Assembly (NCBI GenBank): GCA_904063045.1
Contig: CAJFCJ010000007.1
Span: 3,603,404-3,667,403 of the forward strand
Source of the DNA: Dimorphilus gyrociliatus
Lineage: Eukaryota; Animalia; Annelida
DNA length: 64,000 bases
Reading direction: 5' to 3'
Shown: one piece after another, positions 51,853 through 63,852 of the stretch
Position numbering within the stretch: position 1 is the stretch's first letter
How the letters are laid out: each line of letters starts with the position of its first letter
Notes under the pieces: model-generated
Databases searched by the model: none
What the model saw: the letters and a program-made list of their open reading frames with translations, nothing else
What the model was told of the DNA's origin: nothing
Position numbers and translations under genes: made by a program

Positions 51853-52043
51853 TTGGAAACATAATTGTTAATATTTTTTACTTAAAAGCACAGACAACAC
51901 ATTTTATAAACGTAAACATTAATATAAATGTATATTGTATGTAAGATATAAAAAGTATATATAGATATGATTAAATTAATGATATTAAATTTTCCATCAA
52001 AATAATTATTGTTATTAAAAAAGTAGATAAAATATAATTGAAG

Positions 52044-52094
<51 letters not shown>

Positions 52095-52585
52095 AGTTAA
52101 TAAAAAAAATATTTAAATACTCCTTTCTTTTCCTCTCCCTCTTCCTCTTTCTATTTGCCTTTCAATTCTCATGCTATTTTTCTTTCTTTATTTCTCTCTG
52201 TGTCTTTATCTTTTATCTTTTGTAATCCTCAGATATATCTTAATTTAAAGGAAAATCTATTAAGCCTAGTAGTTTTTTTTTAATACATAAAGAGAGTTAG
52301 AGAGAGAGAGAGAGAGAGAGCGAGAGAAGAGACAGAGACACTCTATTAAAAATTACTTTTCTCGGAAAAACAAGTAACTCGTTAGTAATATTGAAACTAA
52401 GCGTATATTATTGACTTTGTTAAACAAAGAGTTCGTTGTAATCTGCGGGCAAATAGTTTCGATCGAAGTACATGATGTATGATTCGCCTTGGGAATGCTT
52501 GAGAATACTGAAGTAACATAATGGATATTAAATATTGTTTGCCTTGTTATAGATAAATATCATATATACAATATATATATAAATT

Positions 52586-52616
<31 letters not shown>

Positions 52617-52902
52617 CGTTGTTAATAGATAAACTAAGCATAATAGGACTTTAATAAAGGAATTCTAGAAAGGATGCAAGTAATTAGGCGACGGTACTAT
52701 TGAATAGAATTGGAAAACAAAAATGTGCATCATTTTATAAAAGGAGGCTATTGAAACGCTTCAGGAAACGCTGACAATCAGGGAGGAAGTTGAATTATTT
52801 TTATGTCTAAACAAATTTTTTCTTCTTAAAAATTTTCTATAAAAATAAAATCATAATAGATTGAATAGAAAAAAATCTGTTTTTCTTCCTTCTACCTTTT
52901 AT

Positions 52903-55879
52903 CTATGGGAAAAGATGGATTTCTTTGCAATAGACGCTTTTAACTCTGCCGTTCTCGCTTTCCAAATATTCTAATAAACATGTAACAGGGCCGATATTTA
53001 CTTCTTTGATCTAAAAGGGTAGAAAAGAGAAAAAAAACGGATAAAACGTTACATTGTTGCAATCCAACATAATAATAAAAAAGGAAGGTAACAAAGGCAA
53101 ACCTTTTCGATTTTCTCGAGCTGTTTAGCAGTGCCTTTAAGCTAAAAAGTATTATTTGGAAAATTCATACGCTAATTAATACTTTCATACGTCAGTTAGA
53201 TAATTAATTACGTTAATTAAGGAGAAAAATATTGATAAATATATTATTAATTAATCAAATTATTGATAATTTTTTCATTTATCTATTTCTAATTTTTCTC
53301 CTTATTCTCTCCACTAATAAGATTCCACTTACAAAAACTGTACAATTCACTTCTTCTAAGCTATCGATTTTGATTTGTAGCGTTATATTGCGTTTAGATC
53401 GAGTTTTTTTGCACGACCTACAATGGGGACAGCGTCTCTTGAGCCTGTTTATATCATTATTATTATTACTATATCGAAGAGAAAACTTATTTAATAATAA
53501 TTTGGCTAAAAAGTTGTATTGAAAGAAAGAAGGTTATTTAAATTGACACTCAAGTTGATTTGCTAAGACATAATCACTTACTCATGCTTATTCCTAATAA
53601 CCCGTTCTTTATGGCAGCTTACGCATACTCTAACATTAGCTCTGCAACTACTCTCAATCACATCCTGTATTCTACCTATAAATTATACAACCGTAATTAT
53701 TCGATAATTACCCAATTTATTATTAACAAACCTTCTATGTTCCTTAAACAGAACAACGATACGTTTTCTTCGTTAATATACGGTAGTTGAACGGAGGTAA
53801 CAGTTTTTAGATTTTCGTACAACTCGTTGAAATTACTAGCTAATAAATTATTATCATTCGTATCGAATTCATCTACCATTCTTATTGATGTGTAATCGTC
53901 CGCAGTTAAATAATCTATTATAAAAAAGTAAAAGGATAGATTGAGGGGAGAAGAGAGAAAGAAAGTATTAAATGCATTTTCATTATACAATATTCTAAAA
54001 TTACAAAAAAATCCATTAATTAATTAATATTCAGTAAGAACGTTATTAAAATTAATAATGAATAGTATAGAAAATTATCTCACTAGGCATTTCATGAAAA
54101 GCGTCCATTACTAATACAAAAATTGTCCGATGCTGCTGTTGTTTTTGTTTACAATAAGACTGCACTCTTTCGGATAGCAAAGCCGATGATTTAATTTTAA
54201 GCAATAAATAGGCAAAGTTTGATCCATTTTCTAAAGAGGAATCGTACAAATACCATAAAAGCATCTCTTCTTCGCATTCCTTTTACAATTATTAATAATA
54301 AAAGAGAAGATTGAAAGGAATAAAGGAAATATAAATAAAAATAAATCACAATAATTAAAATAATATAAATATTAAATTAAGGATAAAAAAATAAAAGTAA
54401 AGAAAGTAATTAATTAAATAGATTATTAGTTAATTAATCGTTTTTTTTTATAAAAAAAAACAATAAAAGAAATACCAACCAGAATTTCATTAGAGTATAC
54501 AAGTTTACAAACGAATGATATTCTTTGTCCGAAAGAATCTAAGCAATCTTTCAAAGGGAAGCATTGCCAAACAGGGAATAAGAATGGAAAACTACAACAA
54601 TCTTCTAAAGTCTCCAAATTAGATTCGGGTAAAAAATGAGCCTTATAACATATTATAGGAAAATGATTATTGCGATTTAACAATCTCAAAAGAGAGAAAA
54701 GATCTCTATTCCTGCGAAAGTAGAAAAAGAAAAAAAAATGATGTAAAAGAGAAAATTAGTAACAAGGAAATGAAATAAATATTAAATATCTTATTACTAT
54801 TTTTAAGCTATTTCCTTACTTACGCGCTTTTATAAGGCCGACCAGTAATTCTTATATTGCGGAATTGTATCTTAGAACCAAGTTTTATCCGTAAAATTAT
54901 ATCCCAAAGAGATTTATCTTCTCTATTATTCTGCAACAAGTAATAACACCCGTCCGTCGTTTGAATAATACAATAATATCTTTAAGAAATAAATAATAGA
55001 TTATGTTATTTAGTTTTTTTTCCCTTCAATTATAGAATACTTAAGAAAAATTACGATTTATTGACCTATATTGGCCTTCTTCTTCTCCCTCTTTTGTAAA
55101 TATTCTATGTATTATTGCTGTATAGTATTCGTTTCCCGATTTCCTTCTTTGCGAACTGCTTTCGAGAGGTAATTCGCTTATAACATTAAATTCCGTTACT
55201 GTAAAAATACTGCAATCTTTTAAGGGGATGCAATTCCTAAGGGGGGAAAACAAAAATGAAAGGGTTAAAAGGTCGTCGTTTCTCTTTTTCTTCTCTCTTA
55301 CTTATAGGAAATGATGTTGAGAACTGAACCGGGACGAACTCTCCTTGAGATATCAATAGGAAACCAGAGTGTCGTGTCCGCTTCCTTGGACAATCCAATC
55401 GGTAGAGTTGTACTAAGAATTTGACAAACTGCTTCAACGTGTGGACTCTTTGTTCTTTTGTTTAAAATTTTAACAGTAAATGGTCGCTCGTTTCCCTCTA
55501 AACTTCCTGGCGTATCCGATACTTGAAAAGATAGTTGCATCGATTTCGGCGGTGATTCCGATATAATATAATCGCCGCCTCCACTACACTCCTTTGGTCT
55601 AGGAGTTATTTTATCATCATCATCCTCAACTATTTCTAAGCTGCCAATACCTTGTGTATCATTTATCGTTTGGGTAAGGGGTTCGATAATTGTGAGTTCT
55701 TTTTCATCTTCTTCATTCGACACTGAATACCTAAAGAATGAATCTTCGGTCTTAGAACGCTTCCTTCTTAATTTCTCCGATACGTTTTGTCTGGGAAAAG
55801 CTTCCGCTATTTGAGAAAACCCCGCACCGCCTAATAATTTTGGGCTAACTTTATCGCTTTTTCTTTTCCTATTGCTCAT
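52903..55879 (-). CDS. SPIDR: SPIDR-like DNA repair scaffold protein, 10 exons: 55879-55302, 55236-55066, 54979-54824, 54711-54480, 54279-54084, 53914-53732, 53675-53582, 53468-53333, 53141-53103, 53010-52903 (~630 aa)
   Basis: Ten phase-consistent GT-AG exons form one ORF of 1893 nt. Collinear similarity to recalled human SPIDR: RKRK..GAGF, ISESPPK, FTVKIL..AVCQIL, IIHRIF, CIIQTTDG, DLFSLL, QRISFVCKLVY, C-terminal OB-fold with CVSC...CPHC zinc ligands, ending KEIHL. Orthology needs HMM confirmation. Confidence 0.75.
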
Positions 55880-55990
55880 CTGTCAAAATGTATTACAAAA
55901 CTATTCAAATTATTTCGTTTTATTGACAAATGACAAATAAATTTAATTTAAAAGGATAAAACAAGGATAAAAAATATCAACAATCGGAAA

Positions 55991-58819
55991 TTACGACTGA
56001 TCAGATTGCTTTGTAGTTTTTCGATGTCTAGAATCTGAAAGTTGGGTTAATTTTTTATCAAGTTTCCTCTGCATATGAGCCCTTTTTACAGGATCAGGTT
56101 TTTTACTTGGTACACCGCTTCCACTAAATAATTTTCCGTCGCGAGCTATTTGCTTTCTAGCCTCCCGTTTCGCTATATCACCGCAACCGTGAACTTCCGG
56201 TATATGATGACTCAGACAGAACATTTTGCGACAGAAAGAGCAATGCTGTCCCAAAACTGTTGTATATGCTTTACAACCGGCGAAGAAGCACGTCGTATTC
56301 TCTTTAATAGCTTGTGCAATAAGGGTATCAAAATCTTCTTCCTCTTCCTTTCCGGATCTTTTCTCCTTCTTCTTAGATGTTTTCTTCGGTTTCCGAGGCT
56401 TTTCCTTCTCTGATTTTCGCACGTCAAAAGGCGCCGTATTAGGTTTCGATGCCCGTTCAATCGGGGCACTTATTGCCCTATCTTCTTTAAGTTCTTCCAT
56501 CTCTTTGCCCCCCTTGACATAATCTTCTACAATTTCTGTCAATTTTTTCTTCACGATAACCCGTCTATGGGCTTTTTCACCCTCGCTAAAATGAATTAGG
56601 CCCAGTTTATCAGCAATTTCGTGTACTAATAATCTATCATGAGATGTTAGATCAGTAGAAAATTCTAATGATATCTCTTTTTCGTTATTGGTAAATTTAT
56701 TCAATTGATCTGTAAATCTCTCGGTCCTCGAGGCTATTTCTTCATTTCTATCAACTTTCTCATTTCGATATTCTTTCGCCTTATTTTCGTCATTAGACTT
56801 TATGTCGTTTTTCTTTTTCTTTTGTTTCCCTTTGGTCTGTTTATCCTGCTTTCGAGATAAGGCTTCATTGATAGATTTTGGTCTTTCCGTTTGTATATTG
56901 TCTAAACTTCCATCGTTTAAATAGGTTTGAGCGGTTCTTACTTCTCCGTTGTCTTGTAAATAATTAATCAAAGATGCAAGAAAATCATGATTACTAACTG
57001 TTGCCGTATCGCAAATAATAGCTAAATGTCTCTTAGCTCTTGTAATTGCCACATTTATACGTCGATCTTCGGCTAAAAAGCCAACAATACCTTTATCATT
57101 CGATCTAACAAGCGAAATAATTACAGCTTCTTTCTCTCTCCCTTGAAAACCGTCTACACTTTTTATTTCTAAATTAGAGTATTTTTGAGCCAGACGACAT
57201 CTTAATAATTCAACTTGTAAATTATAGGGTGTTATCACAGCAATTTGATCAGTTTTTAAACCAGAATTTATCAATGTTTCCACGTGCACAGCAACTAAAT
57301 CGGCTTCTCCTTCGTTTCCTTTGGACATTTCTTCCGGTAAATCAAGTTCATTCTGATTACAACCGGCAGTGTCAATAAGTAAAAGAGGAATAATCGTATT
57401 CTCATTCTCCTCAACATCTTTCATATCAGAAAGTAAATGTTCTTTAACTGATTTATCAGCAATTAACTTTGATTTGTAAAGCTGATCAGAGGGCCATCTC
57501 ATTATATCTTCGTGCATTCTATATTGAATATTAAGCATACGCATGCAAGCATCTTGATGTAGACTTAATTGCCTTTCCATAAGTGTCAATTCCAAGCCCT
57601 TCTTAGCGGCTTGTCTGCTAATTATTGTAGGAGGCAACTGCTGATGATCACCAGCCAAAATACACTTTTTGCCGAATAAGAGAGCACTCCAGCAAGCGGG
57701 TTCAATCGCTTGAGAACATTCATCTATAACAACCAAGCCAAAATGATCTTCTTCAAGGCACTTTAGCGGGCCTTCCTGTGTAACTGAAGTAAGGGTAGAC
57801 AAAACTACATCAGTGTTCGACAACAACTCTTTTATGGCTTTCTCCTCTCTTACCCTATACTCTTTTCGGAGTTCTTTGATCTCACTCCATTTTTTCTTTC
57901 CTGATCGTTTGTTTAACGTCTTTTCTATTTCGTCGCGAACATCATTAAGAATGGTGAATCCGTCACTCCTGCGCAACTGAGCATCAATTGAATACTTCTG
58001 AAGATGTGTAAATGATCTGGCAGGATGACCCAAGCGGACGACATTCAATTTGTGGCTGGCTAACCTCTCAACGAGATTATCCACTGCAACATTTGATGGG
58101 GCGCAAGCTAAAACTTTCATCCCACTTTTAACCGCTTGTCGGATGATTTCTATAACTGTTGTAGATTTACCAGTCCCTGGAGGTCCGTGAATGATGGCCA
58201 ATTCTCTCTGACGAAGAGCAAAGTCAACTGCTTCTCTTTGCGAATTATTCAAATTAGAATCCATTATGGAAAAATTTGCATTTTCTCGATAGGGTTCGCC
58301 TAGTTTATCTTCTCCGAATAGAACAGATATTAATCTTGAGCAAAGCCCTCCACTTGGATATTTGTTGAGACGATCTAAAGATTTTTTTAGTCTTTTGTAA
58401 GTGACATCATTGGCTAATTTCATAAGTCTATATTGAGAATCATCGTCTAAATCGTTTACTGAGTGATCTTCATCAAAAGCGACCTGTATCAAATTCGTCG
58501 TAACACGGGTCACCACTCCACTCACTAGAGTGTCATTAGTAGGGTTATTTGACAGCTGTAATCCCACTATATCACCGGATGATAGTGAATGAGAAGGTAA
58601 ATTGTTTCCTGCCCAAAATGGTTCAAAATGACAAACAATCCGGCCGTATAAGCCACTACTTTTGGCTGATAAACGTAATTTAAGGACACAAACTCCTTTT
58701 TTTTCGAGCTCTTTTACTGAATATTGCTGTTGGCATACTTTGTTTTCGTCTATTTCAGCTTTTCGCTCTATTTCTAAGAGTTCTAAATGTTTATGAACAA
58801 ATTCTTCTACAGATTGCAT
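55991..58819 (-). CDS. IGHMBP2: IGHMBP2 (SMUBP-2) SF1 helicase with R3H and AN1 zinc finger, intronless, ~942 aa
   Basis: Walker A IIHGPPGTGKS, DECSQA, ILAGDHQQLPP, QYRMH, VDGFQGREKE, RRINVAITRAKRH; R3H (HDRLLVHEIADKLGLIH); AN1 finger (CSFCRKMFCLSHHIPEVHGC). First ATG at 58819. Confidence 0.97.
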   Translation of the reverse strand: MQSVEEFVHKHLELLEIERKAEIDENKVCQQQYSVKELEKKGVCVLKLRLSAKSSGLYGRIVCHFEPFWAGNNLPSHSLSSGDIVGLQLSNNPTNDTLVSGVVTRVTTNLIQVAFDEDHSVNDLDDDSQYRLMKLANDVTYKRLKKSLDRLNKYPSGGLCSRLISVLFGEDKLGEPYRENANFSIMDSNLNNSQREAVDFALRQRELAIIHGPPGTGKSTTVIEIIRQAVKSGMKVLACAPSNVAVDNLVERLASHKLNVVRLGHPARSFTHLQKYSIDAQLRRSDGFTILNDVRDEIEKTLNKRSGKKKWSEIKELRKEYRVREEKAIKELLSNTDVVLSTLTSVTQEGPLKCLEEDHFGLVVIDECSQAIEPACWSALLFGKKCILAGDHQQLPPTIISRQAAKKGLELTLMERQLSLHQDACMRMLNIQYRMHEDIMRWPSDQLYKSKLIADKSVKEHLLSDMKDVEENENTIIPLLLIDTAGCNQNELDLPEEMSKGNEGEADLVAVHVETLINSGLKTDQIAVITPYNLQVELLRCRLAQKYSNLEIKSVDGFQGREKEAVIISLVRSNDKGIVGFLAEDRRINVAITRAKRHLAIICDTATVSNHDFLASLINYLQDNGEVRTAQTYLNDGSLDNIQTERPKSINEALSRKQDKQTKGKQKKKKNDIKSNDENKAKEYRNEKVDRNEEIASRTERFTDQLNKFTNNEKEISLEFSTDLTSHDRLLVHEIADKLGLIHFSEGEKAHRRVIVKKKLTEIVEDYVKGGKEMEELKEDRAISAPIERASKPNTAPFDVRKSEKEKPRKPKKTSKKKEKRSGKEEEEDFDTLIAQAIKENTTCFFAGCKAYTTVLGQHCSFCRKMFCLSHHIPEVHGCGDIAKREARKQIARDGKLFSGSGVPSKKPDPVKRAHMQRKLDKKLTQLSDSRHRKTTKQSDQS

Positions 58820-59137
58820 CTTGTTGACCAACAGATAAACGAAAGCAAAGAACTGATCGAATTACATTAGCGCGGTTTTATCCACTCAAATGATTAACAA
58901 ATAGTTTATATAAAAGAACAGTTTAAAAGATCTAACCTATTATTTTTTCAAATAAGTAATTTTATTCCTTTATTGTAAAATGAATACTTGTACTCCTTAA
59001 TACAGATTGGTATGGAAGAAGTTCAAAGAGCACACAATATCGCCCAAGGTATCCACTAGAGAAAACCTTATTCGAATTCGAGAGAGCAGTGTCCATTTCA
59101 GTCATGTGATATCTTGCAATGCTTTTACTTACGAGAA
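58820..59137. promoter_or_regulatory. Compact head-to-head (bidirectional) promoter region of IGHMBP2 and DTNBP1
   Basis: Divergent start codons only 318 nt apart. Confidence 0.65.
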
Positions 59138-60180
59138 ATGAACCTGTTTGATAAAGTGAAAGATAGGCTTCTAAATGTTAAATATGAATTATCAGCTAGG
59201 TAATAGATTCATCAATCACTTTATTTTTGAGGTAATTCATTGATTATCTACAGTCACCTAGACCTAAATTCGACTAAAGATCGCACGTTCTTTTCGACTG
59301 GTCAAAAGACTATCAATTACAATGCTGGAGCTGATCTATTCGAACGGTTGGTAAATAGTAATTATATACTGCAATCGCGGCGTGTTTATTTTGACCGTTT
59401 TCGATTTAAGCTATCACAACGACTGGGAAGCAATTCATAAACGAACCGAAGAAAGCGTTCGGTCAGCTGAGACGATAGAAAAGCAAATAAACCAAGTTTG
59501 CGATATTGTTAAACTTGAATATACAGCTGTAGACAATCTATATACTGAATTAAACGTTTTGCCTGAACTGAATGAACAATTATCCGCAAGTGTTGACCTT
59601 GCAAAAAGCTTATGCATAACGCTTCGATCTGTAGAAGCTTCTTTAAATAAATTAGAAAATATCTGCGAGGAAGAGGAATTGATGAAAAATAAACAGCTGC
59701 ACAGACAAAGATTGGATTCATATAAACGTAAAAAATACCAGCAGTTAGAGCGGTCCAAGTCAATGGTTAGTTCAAAGGATAAATTATATATCATTTATAA
59801 TAAATTATAACCCGCAGTTGGCAACGAGACACGCAAAAATCGTCAAAGAACACGAAAAGCGTCAAATGAAAGTATTGAAAGAACGACAGGAAGAGTACGG
59901 CTTAGCTTTTGAGGAGCAAATACGCCAATATCAACAGTACGGAAACGCGTATGGTCGGTTGTTAGACTATTTCAAAAACTTTTTCTTTTACAATTTTCCT
60001 TTTATATATTTTATAATTTATGTAGAAACGTCATTGTCTGGACATCAATTGACAGTGGACGTTGGGGATATTTGTCCGGAAGATGATACAGAAGCACTTA
60101 ATGAATTCCTAGCATCAACAGAAGAACAAGCCTCAACAATAGTCTCAGAAGAGAAATTAGAAAGCGATGATGATACTTGA
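59138..60180 (+). CDS. DTNBP1: Dysbindin (BLOC-1 subunit), 5 exons: 59138-59199, 59254-59346, 59411-59765, 59818-59953, 60026-60180 (~266 aa)
   Basis: KVKDRLLNV, YNAGADLFERYHNDWEAIH, coiled coil, LKERQEEYGLAFEEQIRQY and DTEALNEFL match the dysbindin motif order. Confidence 0.88.
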
Positions 60181-60774
60181 AAATTCCATGATAACAATAA
60201 TCAATCCAGCAATAAAAAGAACAAATTATTCCTTAATTTTGTAACTATGTATTCAAACAAACGATCTGTACAATTTGTTTTTTGTTTTAATAACCATCGA
60301 ACACAACATGTTTTTTTTTTTTGAACATCTTAATAGCTATCTGTACAAGCAATTTATCAAGATACATGGGAATGTTTAACTGTAGAGGGTAAAATTCTGT
60401 AAGCTTATATAATACGATCGATATGAGCTTATTAGTTATTATCGTGTAAATTCAATACATACTATTATAAATATATAAATTTTCGTACATATATATATAT
60501 AAATATATATATTCATATATAGTATGTTCATTGTATAAGGATTATATAAACTATACACAAACATTGTATATTTCCCTCTTAAAAAAAAGAAAAAAAAAGA
60601 AATCGTTTTCTGCAGTAGCGTTAGTCTCCGCAGAAACGTCTCTTTGTTGGGTATTATAAATGTATTGTCCGTTTTGCTGTTCATAACGCAATCAATTGTT
60701 CTGAGCATGATGTTCTTTTCAAAACTGTTCTCGATCGTCGTGTTCTTTGTAATATACATGTAAAAGGTTTGTTC

Positions 60775-63250
60775 CTATTTGACAGAAGTTTGATTTTGAC
60801 GAGCCACCCACTGCGTAAAAACATCGCTAGAGGGATTAAAAAAAAGAAGAAAGTAATTAATGTATAATTAATGTAATGAGCGAATCTTATTACGCTTACC
60901 GGCAATGCGTTGCGACGCATTCGTTGCTACAATAGTCTCTGTCCCAAGCAGGATCATGTATAGCTCCATTTTTACATCCTTGTCGGACACACATTAGTTC
61001 GCCAGATGGCATAACTGTTTGTTCCCCATAGGCCTGAGGACTCGGTAAAGGGCTGGCGATCGACGGCGTTGATAGATAAGTTGTGGAAACTGGCGGTGGA
61101 CTGCCGTCGGCGCTGCTCCCACTACTTACTCCCGACCATGACTCTCCTTCCAAAGGACCCTGATAAAAGTAGAGAAGAGTGAGATGTTATTGGAGCATAT
61201 GAAGGCAATAGTAAAGAAATAAAGAGTTAAAAATGCCCTCAGGCATCCGTTCGAAAAATTTCACGCACCAGTACGACATGAAAGAAGAGACAAGCCTCTT
61301 CAAACAATTCTTATTGCAAAGTTACAAAGAGGTACAGAGACGGCGATTCATTCTCGCATTACCCAGATAAAGTACTGCGGAAAAGGCGCTCAAAAATCAA
61401 AAACTCACCTTCGATACTAAGCTGGCTCTGTACGCAGCTAATTGTTTCAGGTATTCTTTCTTGGCAGTTTCCGTTCTTTTTCTGTACATCTGAAAGAATA
61501 AAAATTTGTATATAGGTCAGGAGAGTAACGCGCATCGTTTCAATAAAGTCATCCTTTTTGCACAATTATCATCAAAGTGACAAAGAAAATTGTATAGAGA
61601 TCAAACACTAACCGCTTTGCTATCGGCATCCAAATCCTCCCACATATGAGCGACTAGTTTTGAAACTTCGCCGAATGACATGTTAGGATTTCGAGTTTTA
61701 ATAGACGCTTGAGAATCTCTGAAGAAAAGCGCGTAAGCCGAAACGGGTCTGAAAGAATAAAAGACAAATGTATGCAAAAGATGGTAGCGTATTTTATATA
61801 GAAGAATATAAATATGCGAGAATGCAGAGTCCGTATATAATAACTGTCACGTCCGTAAATTGACTCAGTTCGATGATAAAGTGTTCCATGAATGTTATTT
61901 CGTGCCCTACTTTAGTCTGCAACAAGCTTCGATAGTATCGATCGGACGCGGGATGCTTACTTTTGCGGTTCGTTTGGATCTCGTTTCTTCCTCTTCTTAC
62001 TCGCCGTTTTCACTTTATTCTTTACCACAATACTAGTCGTTGTTCCACGTCTGTGCACCGCGGCAACACCCTGTTGCATCTGTTTGCATAATCAGTCTAA
62101 TTAGGTTTGCATATTTATAGATAAATTTTTCTCTTTCTTATTTTTTCATAAATAATGATTATTTTTACTAAGATTAATAATTTGACGTTCAGAAGCTAAA
62201 CAAAGAGAGAAGAGCGCTACTGTAGTGTACTTAATTTACGGCTAGCCTACGGCAACACTCCAATCAAGCGTGATTAACATCATTTTAAACATCCCTTTTA
62301 CTTTACTCTCTTCATCTAAATGCAGTGTACCATGTCAGTGTACACACAAATATACTAGTGTGTACAGTGACTTGTCTATTATTGTATACACACGCGCTCA
62401 CTGTTCCTTGCGGTTGTTTGTTACGCAATATAAGGAATAAATAGGCGTCGGTTCAAAGAAGACGATCGCTCATCCTGACCGTCAGATGTCGGATAAACGT
62501 CGTGTTCTTTGATATGACAAAAATTCATTAAATATGCACAACACAATATCTTTATAAAGACAGCTTAGAAGGATATAGTATATATTACTACATATTTATT
62601 TATACACAATGCTTATTAACACTGTTTATATAGATTATTTTTATTGTTTATTATTATAAACAATATGTATTTCTCATGGAAATTTGTGTTAAATTGAAAT
62701 AACAACCGCATTTGATTAACTTAATATCTATTATGTCAAAGGGTTTTTTTATCATATATAAGCACATTAAATCTATGGCTGTAGGTAGATATAAATATGA
62801 ATACAAATACATAAAGTAAATCAATTTCTTGTTTTATATATATAAAACCTGGCTGGATAAGAGAGTTCTTGGAAAAAGAAAACACTTTTACGCACATACA
62901 CGCACACATATATTCTATCTATATATATATATTAAGATATAATATGTACAATAGTGGTAAGAATTGCTTACTTGCGACATTTGTGGATGAATTCCGTCGT
63001 TGTGTTCATTTATTGAGCCAGTTGCTGGGGATACGCCGACGTTAGGTCCTGTAGCTACTTGATCAGTACAGTAACCAGAGTTCAGCGGAACTTGTATATG
63101 GGTATGTTGACAATCCACAGTCGAATTGTCCGTCATAATATCAGGAATGTCGAGGTTGGCGGGCGGAAATTGCGGGGTGCAGTCTGACTGCAACAACTCT
63201 TCCAAAGACCCATACGGTGGCAGATCTTCCACCTGAACTACGGCGTTCAT
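60775..63250 (-). CDS. TOX: TOX-family HMG-box protein, 6 exons: 63250-62972, 62079-61961, 61748-61613, 61489-61409, 61159-60900, 60826-60775 (~308 aa; an upstream exon is likely)
   Basis: [44 protein letters not shown]...[16 protein letters not shown] and C-terminal [30 protein letters not shown] are TOX signatures. A splice acceptor directly precedes ATG 63250. Confidence 0.92.
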
Positions 63251-63802
63251 CTGTTGTTATATAAAAAAAAGAGGAATGAAAGAGATAGAAGAGAGAAAAA
63301 AAGAGCAATTAATCTGAATGTTTTCTCTACAAATTAAATTCCTCGTGCCGACAATAAATCTGGCGCCGAGCCTGTTTTTTTTAGGACACTTTTTATGGCA
63401 ACTATACGTTTATATATAAACTAATAAATACATAAATAAATATTGAATAAATCTGTAATATGTTAAGTTTTATTTGTTATGATAATCAGAAGCGTGTTAG
63501 GAGATGATTAACCTAATTAAATACGAAGTCGACTGAAAGAATTCGCGTGCGTCTAAAATAGAGAAGGCAAAGGAAAATTTTTTTCCTATTTAATCACGCC
63601 AGCCGTCGCCGATCGATAATCAATCAATTTATAAAGCCACTTCGATAATCCTTTAACAACTAGAAAACAGTAATGGAATTTAACGGAGATAATCCGAATA
63701 GAAAATATTTTTAGTGGAACGTTCCGCATATATATTTTATAGGCGCGCGCAATTTGTCAAACAATAATAAAAAGGTCGTGAGACCGACCAGATGTATAAA
63801 TC

Positions 63803-63852
<50 letters not shown>

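Noticed and set aside
55991-58831. Antisense and alternate-frame ORFs over IGHMBP2, DTNBP1, RECK and CFAP221
   Set aside because: Shadow ORFs of real coding sequence with no domain content.
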